DNA from: Candidatus Iainarchaeum sp. | GTDB taxonomy: Archaea; Iainarchaeota; Iainarchaeia; Iainarchaeales; CSSED10-239 | Length of the DNA stretch: 16,389 bases | Assembly: GCA_028700115.1 (NCBI GenBank) | Contig: JAQVTI010000015.1 | Span: 1 to 16,389 of the forward strand | Reading direction: 5' to 3' | Shown here: positions 7,921 to 15,936 of the stretch, one piece after another | Position numbering within the stretch: the first letter of the stretch is position 1 | How the letters are laid out: each line of letters starts with the position of its first letter | Made by a program: the position numbers and the translations under genes | Notes under the pieces: generated by a model | What the model saw: only the letters and a program-made list of their open reading frames with translations | What the model was told of the DNA's origin: nothing | The model's database searches: none

Positions 7921-8785
7921 CTAAACAACAATTTCAAATGAAATTTTAGGATGTTTCTTATAATCAACTAATTCAGTATCAGTATATTTCCAATCAAAAA
8001 TTGATTTAAAATTATTAGTTTTAATTTCTGGAAGAGAATATGGTTCTCTTTTAAGTTGTTCTTTTAAACCAGAGATGTGATTTTCATACACATGTGTATC
8101 TCCTAAAAACCCAATTAATTTACCTTCTTTTAAACCAGCTTCTTTTGCAAGTAAATGTAATAATAAAGCATAACTTGCAATATTAAAAGGAAGGCCTAAA
8201 GCAGAATCAACTGATCTTTGATTCCATAATAAATTTAATTTACCATTAATAACTGTTACTTGAAAACCATAATGACAAGGTGGAAGTGCCATTCTATGTA
8301 AATCCAAAGGATTCCATGCAGAAACTATCATTCTTCTATCTGATGGATTTTTCTTTAAAGTTTCAACTAATTTTTTTAATTGATCAACACCTTTTCCTTC
8401 AGGTTTTTTATCAAATGTAATATATTTTGCACCAAAATTTCTCCATTGCCAACCATAAATAGGACCAAGTTCTCTTTCTTCTTTCATTTTATTTTTAGTT
8501 TCTTCATCATGTCCATATTCCACTTTATCAGAAGAACACCATTCATCCCAAATATGATTATTTTCTGTAATTAACCATTTTTTATCAGTTAAACCTTTTA
8601 TAAAAAATTCAAGTTCAAAAGCAATTAATCTAAAAGACACACTTTTAGTTGTTAAAACAGGAAATCCATCTGCCATATCATGCTCAAATATAGCTCCTGC
8701 AATTACAAATGTATCAACTCCTGTTCTATTTGGTTTTCGTTCTCCTTTTTTAAATATTTTTTATAATACTAAGATATGCTTTCAT
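7921..8785 (-). CDS. thyA: Thymidylate synthase with an apparent frame disruption near the 5' end; uninterrupted part is 7921..8676
   Basis: DGFPVLTTKS, LGPIYGWQWRNF, SDRRMIVSAWNP, LPPCHYGFQV (catalytic Cys), NQRSVDSALGLPFNIASYA, GDTHVYENH. Upstream of the ATG at 8676 the same frame encodes KKGERKPNRTGVDTFVIAGAIFEHD (conserved RTG region) without a start codon. An SD-preceded ATG at 8785 encodes MKAYLSIIKNI in another frame. Confidence 0.88.
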
Positions 8786-8800
8786 TTAAAAAAACCCCTT

Positions 8801-9475
8801 CTAGATCACATTTCTTTTTTTAATTTCTTCAAAAATTATATTATTAATATTTTCTCTAGATTTAATCCAATCATTTCCATCAGAACAATCTATTTGTATC
8901 CAATTATATTTATCTGCAACATACTTAAATGCATTAAGTGCATTTCTCATATGCTTAGAATCATTTTCATGAATATCTTTTGTTTTATCCATATTTGTTT
9001 TTTTAACATTAAGTGCAAGTTTTCTAGAAATATCTGTATCTAAATATAATAAAATATTAATATCAGGTTTAGGAATTTTACAAATATTAAATTCTAAATC
9101 ATAAAGCCAATCTAAAAATTTATTTCTTTTATCTAAATCTAAAATTTTCCCTGCCTGATGACCCATACTTGCAGAAACATACCTATCACAAATAACTATT
9201 TTACCTTCTTCAAACCATTTTCTAATTTTTATAGCTCCAGCAAATCTATCAACTGCATAAAATAAAGAAGCTTGATATGCATCAACTTGATCAATAGTTC
9301 CATATATTCCATTAAGATAATCTTCAGTAGGTGCAGCTGATTTTAAACCATATTGAGGAAAATCAATAGTTTCTACAAAAAAACCTTCTTTTTCTAGTCT
9401 TTCTTTTAACATTAGAGTTTGGGTATGTTTTCCACAACCATCAGTTCCATCAATAACAATTAGTTTTCCTTTCAT
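8801..9475 (-). CDS. tmk: Thymidylate kinase
   Basis: MKGKLIVIDGTDGCGKHTQTLMLKERLEKEG; IDFPQYG; VICDRYVSASMGHQAGK (DRY/DRx motif). SD-like AAAAAGGGG upstream. Confidence 0.88.
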   Translation of the reverse strand: MKGKLIVIDGTDGCGKHTQTLMLKERLEKEGFFVETIDFPQYGLKSAAPTEDYLNGIYGTIDQVDAYQASLFYAVDRFAGAIKIRKWFEEGKIVICDRYVSASMGHQAGKILDLDKRNKFLDWLYDLEFNICKIPKPDINILLYLDTDISRKLALNVKKTNMDKTKDIHENDSKHMRNALNAFKYVADKYNWIQIDCSDGNDWIKSRENINNIIFEEIKKRNVI

Positions 9476-9557
9476 AATTAAAACCCCTTTTTAAAAATAA
9501 GATAGTTAAAACAATTTAAAAACAAAGCTATTTGAAAAACAAAATAAAAATTATAAA

Positions 9558-9575
9558 TGCATGAAAAAACATGCA
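9558..9575. repeat. Inverted repeat TGCATG-AAAAAA-CATGCA, flanked by TTATAA on both sides
   Basis: 6-bp perfect arms at 9558-9563 and 9570-9575, upstream of tmk. Confidence 0.5.
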
Positions 9576-9649
9576 CATTATAAAATAAAAATAAACAAAA
9601 TATAATAATCTATTTTAAAAAACAAAGAATCATATTAAATATAAAAAAA

Positions 9650-10003
9650 CTAAAATGATTTAACTTGTATAATCTTTTCAGTTCTTTCAGAAAGTTGAGA
9701 ATAATCTAAATAATGTTCATTTACAGCAAACATAACATCATGACTTCCTGGTTTTATTCCTTGAAAAGCATATATAGGAAATTTAAATATTTTAGTCTCA
9801 TCAGGCTTAACTTCACCTATTCTTTGACCTGCTGCTTTTTTAAGTCCACTTTTATCTAATGATAAATCATTATCAAGTATAATATCATAACTTAAAAGTT
9901 TAGTTTCATTTCCTTTATTTGTAATTCTTACTATTAATTCAACAGGTTCTTTTTCTTTAATATTTAATCTATAAGGATATATGGAGCTTACAATATTTAT
10001 CAT
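9650..10003 (-). CDS. Small soluble Ig/CARDB-like single-domain protein
   Basis: 117 aa; beta-rich pattern VELIVRITNKGNETKLLSYDIILDNDLSLDKSG...IGEVKPDETKIFKFPIYAFQGIKPGSHDVMFAV; no signal peptide or TM seen. Confidence 0.65.
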   Translation of the reverse strand: MINIVSSIYPYRLNIKEKEPVELIVRITNKGNETKLLSYDIILDNDLSLDKSGLKKAAGQRIGEVKPDETKIFKFPIYAFQGIKPGSHDVMFAVNEHYLDYSQLSERTEKIIQVKSF

Positions 10004-10118
10004 AATTTCACCTTTTTAATAATTTTAAAATATTATATTCTAATATATATAAGTTAAATAGGTTTATATTAATTACCATTTATATCATATATTAATAATA
10101 AAAAAATAATGATTAAAT

Positions 10119-10913
10119 ATGAATATACTTTTAATTAATTCAAAAAAAGATGATGCATCTAATAATTTAACAAAAAGTTTAGAAAATATATATAATTTTA
10201 AAAAAATTAAAGAAAATTTATATATTTTAGATGAAATAAATAATTTAAATCAAATAAGTTTAATAAAAATAGATAAATTACACATATATCTTGAAAAAGA
10301 ATATTTAGAAAAAATTACAAAAGATTATGACATAGTTATATTTTTATCAAAACATTCAACTCTTTCAGAAACTAAACCAAAAGCTATGACAGTTCATGCA
10401 ATTGGAAATTTTGGAAAAGCAGAACTTGGTGGAGAAGATAAAATATTAGTTCAAACTGATCCAATTTTGATTAGATTATTATTATATAATCTTAAAAAAA
10501 ATAAAATAAAAGAAATAAAACCATATGAAGTTAAACAAGAAGCAACTCATCATGGGCCTTATTTAGAAAAAACAGCTTTATTCTATGAAATTGGTTCTCA
10601 AAAATCTGATTGGGAAAATAAAGATGTTGGAGAATATATGGCTAAAATTCTTATTCAAACTATTAGAAATTATAATAAAGAAGAAATAAAAAAAAAAAAT
10701 AATTGGATAGAAGCAGTAGGTATAAGTAAATCTCATTATTGTACACAATTTAATAAATATACATTTAAAAAAAACTTTAAATATTGTATAGGACATGTAT
10801 TTCCAAAATATGCCCTAAAAGAGTATAAAAATAATAATTTAGAAGAAGAAATTTTAAAAAAAATTAATACAAAAATAATAATTAATGAAAAAAATATTTC
10901 TAATTTTACTTAG
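10119..10913 (+). CDS. dtdA: D-aminoacyl-tRNA deacylase (archaeal DtdA/GEK1 family)
   Basis: FLSKHSTLSETKPKAMTVHAIGNFGKAELGG, EATHHGPYLEKTALFYEIGSQKSDWENKDVGEYMAK, IGHVFPKYALKEY match the family's conserved blocks. Confidence 0.87.
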   Translation: MNILLINSKKDDASNNLTKSLENIYNFKKIKENLYILDEINNLNQISLIKIDKLHIYLEKEYLEKITKDYDIVIFLSKHSTLSETKPKAMTVHAIGNFGKAELGGEDKILVQTDPILIRLLLYNLKKNKIKEIKPYEVKQEATHHGPYLEKTALFYEIGSQKSDWENKDVGEYMAKILIQTIRNYNKEEIKKKNNWIEAVGISKSHYCTQFNKYTFKKNFKYCIGHVFPKYALKEYKNNNLEEEILKKINTKIIINEKNISNFT

Positions 10914-10945
10914 TTATTTTATTTATTTTTTTTTATTTTGCTTTT

Positions 10946-12061
10946 TTATTTAGTTTTTTTAAAATATTTATTAGAAATATATTCTTTTACTTTTTTATCA
11001 AGAGCATAAATTGTACTTAAATCAGGATATGGGTCATAAAATTCAGAATTTTCTAAAACATCTTTAAGAATATTTATTAACTTTGTATTTTTTAAAAATT
11101 TATTATAAAAATTAGAAATACAAAAAAATTCACAAATTAAATAAAATAAAATTGGCAAGGTTCCTTTTTTTTTCAAACAATCAAGACTTATTTTAAAAAT
11201 ATTATATTTATTTATATTAAATTTATTTATTCTTAAAGAAATATCTTCATATTGAAAATCGTCTTCTAAAATTATTCTATTTTTTATAAAATAAAAATTA
11301 AACATACTATCTATATTTTTACTTGCTGAATGTATAACATTACTTCCGTCTTTAAATCTTACAGCAACACTAATAAATCTCATAGATTGTTCATAAAACC
11401 AAAATTTTTCTAAAGGAATATCATACATATAATTAATAATAAATAAATCACTTGCAAGTCTAATTTTATTAATTGAATAAAATTTTTTAATATATTCTAA
11501 AAGTACTGTATATTCTTTTGGATATATATCTTTTTCTTTATAAACTGTAGTAAAAAGACTTATTTTAGAAATATCTGAAAGATTTTTATTTGATAAAAAC
11601 CAGTCTAAAGAATATGCTGGATAAGAATAAACTTTTAATTTAACTCCTTTTAATTTTGCTTCTTTTGGAATTATTTTACCAGAATAAAGTAGAGGAGAAG
11701 TATTTAATAAATTTATATCTTTAAACTCATAAATTGCAGATAAAATATATTTTACACTTAAAATACCCGAAAGAGCACAAACAATTTCATCAATTTTAAC
11801 TGATTTTATAAATAAAGAATAATCTGTATACACTGTTGCATTTGTTTCAATTTCAATTTTTTCAATTAAAGATTTATCTTCTACAAAAATATATTCTATA
11901 GAATAATCTTTTAAAATTTGTATAAAATCATCTAAATTATCACAATTATTATCAAAACTAACTGCAGAAATTTTATATTTTTTAGAATATTTTTTAAAAA
12001 ATTCTAAAGATCTAAGACCTAAAAAATTATTTATTCCTAAAATACCTATATTTTTTATCAT
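10946..12061 (-). CDS. Highly divergent DXR-like (1-deoxy-D-xylulose-5-phosphate reductoisomerase fold) protein, probably not a canonical DXR
   Basis: N-terminal Rossmann pattern NIGILGINNFLGLRSLEFFKKYSKKYKISAVSFDNNCDNLDDFIQILKDYSIEYIFVEDKSL; LLNTSPLLYSGKIIPKEAKLKGVKLKVYSYPAYSLDWFL aligns to LANKESLVxxGxxxMxxAKxxxxxLLPVDSEHNAIFQSL; later a VRFKDGS segment and a helical C-terminus. Confidence 0.6.
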   Translation of the reverse strand: MIKNIGILGINNFLGLRSLEFFKKYSKKYKISAVSFDNNCDNLDDFIQILKDYSIEYIFVEDKSLIEKIEIETNATVYTDYSLFIKSVKIDEIVCALSGILSVKYILSAIYEFKDINLLNTSPLLYSGKIIPKEAKLKGVKLKVYSYPAYSLDWFLSNKNLSDISKISLFTTVYKEKDIYPKEYTVLLEYIKKFYSINKIRLASDLFIINYMYDIPLEKFWFYEQSMRFISVAVRFKDGSNVIHSASKNIDSMFNFYFIKNRIILEDDFQYEDISLRINKFNINKYNIFKISLDCLKKKGTLPILFYLICEFFCISNFYNKFLKNTKLINILKDVLENSEFYDPYPDLSTIYALDKKVKEYISNKYFKKTK

Positions 12062-12259
12062 AAATATATATTATTACAAGTTATTTTTAAAGTTAATTAT
12101 TATTCTAAAAAATAAATTTGGTAGGTTTTTCTTTTAAAAAAAATAATAAAAAATATTCTTAAAAAAATTAATTAAAATTTTAAAAAAATTAGAAAAAAAA
12201 AAAAGAAAAAAAATATTAAAAAAAATAATATATTTTTTAAAAAACTTATTTTTTTTTAA

Positions 12260-12430
12260 TTATTTTTTTTTAACTGGTGCTTTTTTCTTAACAACAGCTT
12301 TTTTCACTGGAGCTTTTTTCTTAACAACAGCTTTTTTCACTGGAGCTTTTTTCTTAACAACAGCTTTTTTCACTGGAGCTTTTTTCTTAACAACAGCTTT
12401 TTTCACTGGAGCTTTTTTCTTAACAACCAT
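12260..12430 (-). CDS. 56-aa lysine-rich repeat protein (histone H1-tail-like, putative nucleic-acid binding)
   Basis: Translation: M(VVKKKAPVKKA)x4 VVKKKAPVKKK stop (TAA at 12260-12262). Strong SD-like AAGGAAGGGAGGG upstream. Absent from the supplied ORF track. Confidence 0.8.
   Translation of the reverse strand: MVVKKKAPVKKAVVKKKAPVKKAVVKKKAPVKKAVVKKKAPVKKAVVKKKAPVKKK
12263..12427 (-). repeat. 33-bp coding tandem repeat: four identical units plus one degenerate unit
   Basis: Units 12395-12427, 12362-12394, 12329-12361 and 12296-12328 all read (plus strand) agcttttttcactggagcttttttcttaacaac; fifth unit 12263-12295 diverges. Confidence 0.95.
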
Positions 12431-12499
12431 AAAACTTTCCCTCCTTCCTTTTCTGCCATGCAGATTTTAATAATATTATATACTATATTGTGTATATAT

Positions 12500-12517
12500 A
12501 AACATTTATAAATGTTT
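12500..12517. promoter_or_regulatory. Perfect 18-bp palindrome AAACATTTATAAATGTTT beside a TATA-like element of the lysine-rich gene
   Basis: Self-complementary 9+9 bp; minus strand continues into TTTATATATAC, about 65-75 nt upstream of the ATG at 12430. Confidence 0.4.
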
Positions 12518-12861
12518 CATAAAAAAGAAATTTAATTTTAATTAAAAAAAATATATCTGTCCAAAATATTTTGAAAACCAAAATACTCTAAAACCTTATA
12601 AATAAATAAATAAAGAAACATTTTAAATAAATAAATAAATAAAATATAAAAATATAAAGTTTTATTCAAAATAAATATTTTTAATTTTATAAAAAAATAA
12701 TATTTATTTCACATTTTTGTCCAACAAATAATGAAAATAAAATAATTAAACAATTAAAAATAAATCAAATCACAAAATTATTTTACAAAAAAATATAATA
12801 ATAATATTTTGTCCAACAAATTATGAAAAATAAAAAAAGATTTTAAAGATTAGAAATAAAT

Positions 12862-15060
12862 CTAATCCATAAAATATTCTGCAGGTTTTGGTTCAGGATC
12901 CATTCCTTTTCTTTTTCTAATTTCTGTAATTATTTCTTTTTGCATACTTTTTGGAAGTGGTTCATACCCATAATATTCTGCAGTCCAAACAGCTCTACCT
13001 TGTGTTTCTCCTCTCATTTCTTGACTTAAACCAATCATAGATTTTACAGGTATTTTAGATATAAAAATACTTGTATCCCCTTCTGTTTTAATATCTTCAA
13101 TTTGAGCTCTTCTAGAAGATAAAACTTTTGAAACAGACCCCATATAATCTTGAGGAACATTAACAGTTAAATTTTGTTTTGGTTCTAAAAGAATATAATC
13201 TCCAGCTAAAACTCCTGCATAAATTGCTCTAGTTACAGCAGGTAAAACTTGTGCTGGTCCTCTATGAATTGCATCTTCATGAAGTGTAGCATCTTCAAGA
13301 CCAACAATAATTCCAGATACCTTTTCTTTTGCAATTGGACCTTCATTTGTAGCATCTGTAAATGCTTCAATAATTAATTCTTTTGTTTCTAATAAATTTT
13401 GTATTCCTTTTGTTCTATTTATTAAAACACAATTATTATTTATAGCCCAAATATTTTTAGATTCATCTGTACTAAACCCTGCTTCTTGTAATTTTTTAAT
13501 TAAATCTAAATCTTTATTAGGTCTAATTTTTCCTTGATGTTTAATTTTTTTAATTGCATCAAGCATTTCTTTTTCAATAGGTTCAATTCTCATCTTAAAT
13601 TTATTATGTTTATTAGGTGTTTTTCCTTCAACTACAGGTGATTCTTTAGTAGTTGTTTCATAATAAACAACAATCGGAGGAGAAACAGTAATTGGGATAT
13701 TATTATCTTTTTCAATTTTATATTGTGTAATTTCTAGATGTAATTCCCCCATTCCAGATATTAAATGTTCTCCAGTATCTTGATTTAATTCTGCTTTTAT
13801 ATTTGGGTCTTCCTTTGTAATATTATGAATAACTTCTATTAACTTTGGAAGATCTTTAGAATTTTTAGCTTCTACAGAAACTGTCATAACAGGTTCAACA
13901 TCAGACATAAAATCTTCAAAAGGAGTCATTTCTTTTAAAGAAATTGTTTGTCCTACATAAACTTCTTTCATTCCAATAATACAAGCAATATTTCCTGCTT
14001 TAACTTCATCTAAAATTACTCTTTCTGGTCCTAAAAAAACACCAACTTGTTGAACCTTTGCTTTTTTATCAGTTCCTAAAACATTAAGTTCCATTCCTTT
14101 TTTAATAGTCCCTGAATATATTCTACCAGATGCAATATCTCCTGCATGTTTATCTAAAACAACATCTGTAACCATCATAGCTACATCTTCTGTATCTGCA
14201 GTACATGTAAGCATTGCTTTTCCTTCAGTTGTTTCTGGGTCTCCTTTCCATATAACTGGAATTCTATATTTTTGAGAAACAATTGGTGATGGTAAATGTT
14301 TTGCAACCATTTCTAAAAAAACTTCAGAAATAGGTATCTTTTCTCCAAGTTCTTTTTGTTTATCATTTTCTGCAAGTTCAATAACATCTTTAAAAGTTAT
14401 ACTATATTTTTGCATAGCTGGAACTGAAAGTGCCCAATTATGAAAACCAGAACCAAAGCATACAGATCCATCAGCAATATTTACTTGCCAATCTTTTCTA
14501 AATTCTTCTGGTGCATTTTTAACAATTAAATTATTTATATCCATTACAACTTTTATAAATTTTTTTTGCATATCTTCTGGTGTTACATGCATTTCTGTAA
14601 TTAATCTATCTACTTTATTAATAAATAATACAGGCTTTACTCTTTCTCTTAAAGCTTGTCTTAAAACAGTTTCTGTTTGAGGCATAACCCCTTCAACAGC
14701 ATCAACAACTAAAACAGCTCCATCAACAGCTCTCATAGCTCTAATTACATCTCCAGTAAAATCAACATGTCCTGGAGTATCAATTATATTTACAAGATAA
14801 TCTTTATTATTTATTTTACAAGGACAAGAAACATTTGCAGAATTAATAGTAATTCCTCTTTCTTGTTCTAAAATATAAGAATCCATAAATCTTTGTTCTC
14901 CTGCAAGATCTGTAGACATTAAACCAGCAGTAGCAACTAAATTATCAGTTAATGTTGATTTACCATGATCAATATGTGCAATAATAGCAATATTTCTAAT
15001 ATTCTCTCTATTAGACATTAATTTTGCAGCAAGTTCTGCAACTTGTTCTTTTCTTCCCAT
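12862..15060 (-). CDS. fusA: Translation elongation factor EF-2 (archaeal aEF-2)
   Basis: 732 aa; GTPase motifs AHIDHGKST, RGITI, DTPGHVDF; archaeal/eukaryotic EF-2 diphthamide loop LHEDAIHRGPAQVLPA. SD-like AAAGGTG upstream of the ATG. Confidence 0.97.
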   Translation of the reverse strand: MGRKEQVAELAAKLMSNRENIRNIAIIAHIDHGKSTLTDNLVATAGLMSTDLAGEQRFMDSYILEQERGITINSANVSCPCKINNKDYLVNIIDTPGHVDFTGDVIRAMRAVDGAVLVVDAVEGVMPQTETVLRQALRERVKPVLFINKVDRLITEMHVTPEDMQKKFIKVVMDINNLIVKNAPEEFRKDWQVNIADGSVCFGSGFHNWALSVPAMQKYSITFKDVIELAENDKQKELGEKIPISEVFLEMVAKHLPSPIVSQKYRIPVIWKGDPETTEGKAMLTCTADTEDVAMMVTDVVLDKHAGDIASGRIYSGTIKKGMELNVLGTDKKAKVQQVGVFLGPERVILDEVKAGNIACIIGMKEVYVGQTISLKEMTPFEDFMSDVEPVMTVSVEAKNSKDLPKLIEVIHNITKEDPNIKAELNQDTGEHLISGMGELHLEITQYKIEKDNNIPITVSPPIVVYYETTTKESPVVEGKTPNKHNKFKMRIEPIEKEMLDAIKKIKHQGKIRPNKDLDLIKKLQEAGFSTDESKNIWAINNNCVLINRTKGIQNLLETKELIIEAFTDATNEGPIAKEKVSGIIVGLEDATLHEDAIHRGPAQVLPAVTRAIYAGVLAGDYILLEPKQNLTVNVPQDYMGSVSKVLSSRRAQIEDIKTEGDTSIFISKIPVKSMIGLSQEMRGETQGRAVWTAEYYGYEPLPKSMQKEIITEIRKRKGMDPEPKPAEYFMD

Positions 15061-15228
15061 AATCTATTTCACCTTTTTTTAAAAAATTTTTAAAAATATA
15101 ATATATATACCCCTACATTCAATAAAATTAACTTAAAAGATAATATACTAAAAACAGGTATATAATATATAATATAAGTAGAGATTTATTTATATAGCTT
15201 TTCTTTAAGTTAACAAATGAAGTTAAAA

Positions 15229-15936
15229 TCATTTATTTTCTAAAATATTATTGATTTTAGAAGTTACATCTAATTTAAAATCATTATATCTTAACATTAT
15301 CTTTAACTTATCTTTATTTTTATAAAAATCAAAAGAAATCTCTTGTCTTGGCTTAATTACATATTTTTTAGAAAATTTAGTCATTTTTTTACCAGTCAAT
15401 GTAGTCAATAAAGCCCCAACAATTACATCATGAGTTATATTTTCAACATGTATAGGTTTAACATCATATTTTTTTAAATCTCCATAAGATTTCATTCTAA
15501 TAAACCTAAATATATGTGCAAATCTATCTTTTACAATTAAATCTGTAATTTCTTTTGGTTGTAAAATAATATTTTTTGGAATTTTATTAGCATACCATAA
15601 TTGATAAAATTTAATAACATCTCCATTTAATTTATTTAATAATAAATCATATAATTTTTCTTTATTTCTTATAATTATAGATTCACCTATACTTTTTCTA
15701 GAAGTTTTTCTAGATATTGAAGACACACCTAATTCTTGTTTAAATCCTTTTTCAATTTCTTTTAATGTTTTAATACATCTATTTTCTTTAATATCACTAG
15801 TATACCCTTTCAAAACTTTATTTTTAGATATATTTTTACCAATTTCTTTTGCTTTTTGAAGACCATATTTAGTTGCATTTCCTTCTTTATCTTTATTTGT
15901 ATGCCTTCTAAAATTTAAACTAATTATTTTTCTCAT
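15229..15936 (-). CDS. Divergent histidine phosphatase-like protein
   Basis: LNFRRHTNKDKEGNATKYGLQKAKEIGKNI resembles RH(G/T)...LTxxGxxQAxxxG; YTSDIKENRCIKTLKEI resembles YSSxxxRxxxT; ENITHDVIVGALL resembles the second His motif. Confidence 0.55.
   Translation of the reverse strand: MRKIISLNFRRHTNKDKEGNATKYGLQKAKEIGKNISKNKVLKGYTSDIKENRCIKTLKEIEKGFKQELGVSSISRKTSRKSIGESIIIRNKEKLYDLLLNKLNGDVIKFYQLWYANKIPKNIILQPKEITDLIVKDRFAHIFRFIRMKSYGDLKKYDVKPIHVENITHDVIVGALLTTLTGKKMTKFSKKYVIKPRQEISFDFYKNKDKLKIMLRYNDFKLDVTSKINNILENK

Noticed and set aside
8380-8574. Plus-strand 64-aa ORF
   Set aside because: Antisense to conserved thyA sequence.
10578-10796. Minus-strand 72-aa ORF
   Set aside because: Antisense to conserved dtdA sequence; Phe-rich shadow translation of Lys codons.
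10914-10945. T-rich stretch between convergent dtdA and the DXR-like gene as a terminator
   Set aside because: T-rich tracts are everywhere in this window; plausible archaeal termination site but not distinguishable from background composition.
12263-12427. Regular 33-bp repeats considered as a CRISPR-like array
   Set aside because: Repeats are head-to-tail with no unique spacers and stay in frame as an 11-aa protein repeat; no cas genes in the window.
12452-12464. Short hairpin TCTGC-CAT-GCAGA in the leader of the lysine-rich gene
   Set aside because: Only a 5-bp stem; too weak to claim as a riboswitch or regulator without comparative support.
12599-12645. AAAT/TAAA tetranucleotide runs (aaataaataaataaa)
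   Set aside because: Simple microsatellite-like tracts expected in very AT-rich intergenic DNA; no evidence for function.
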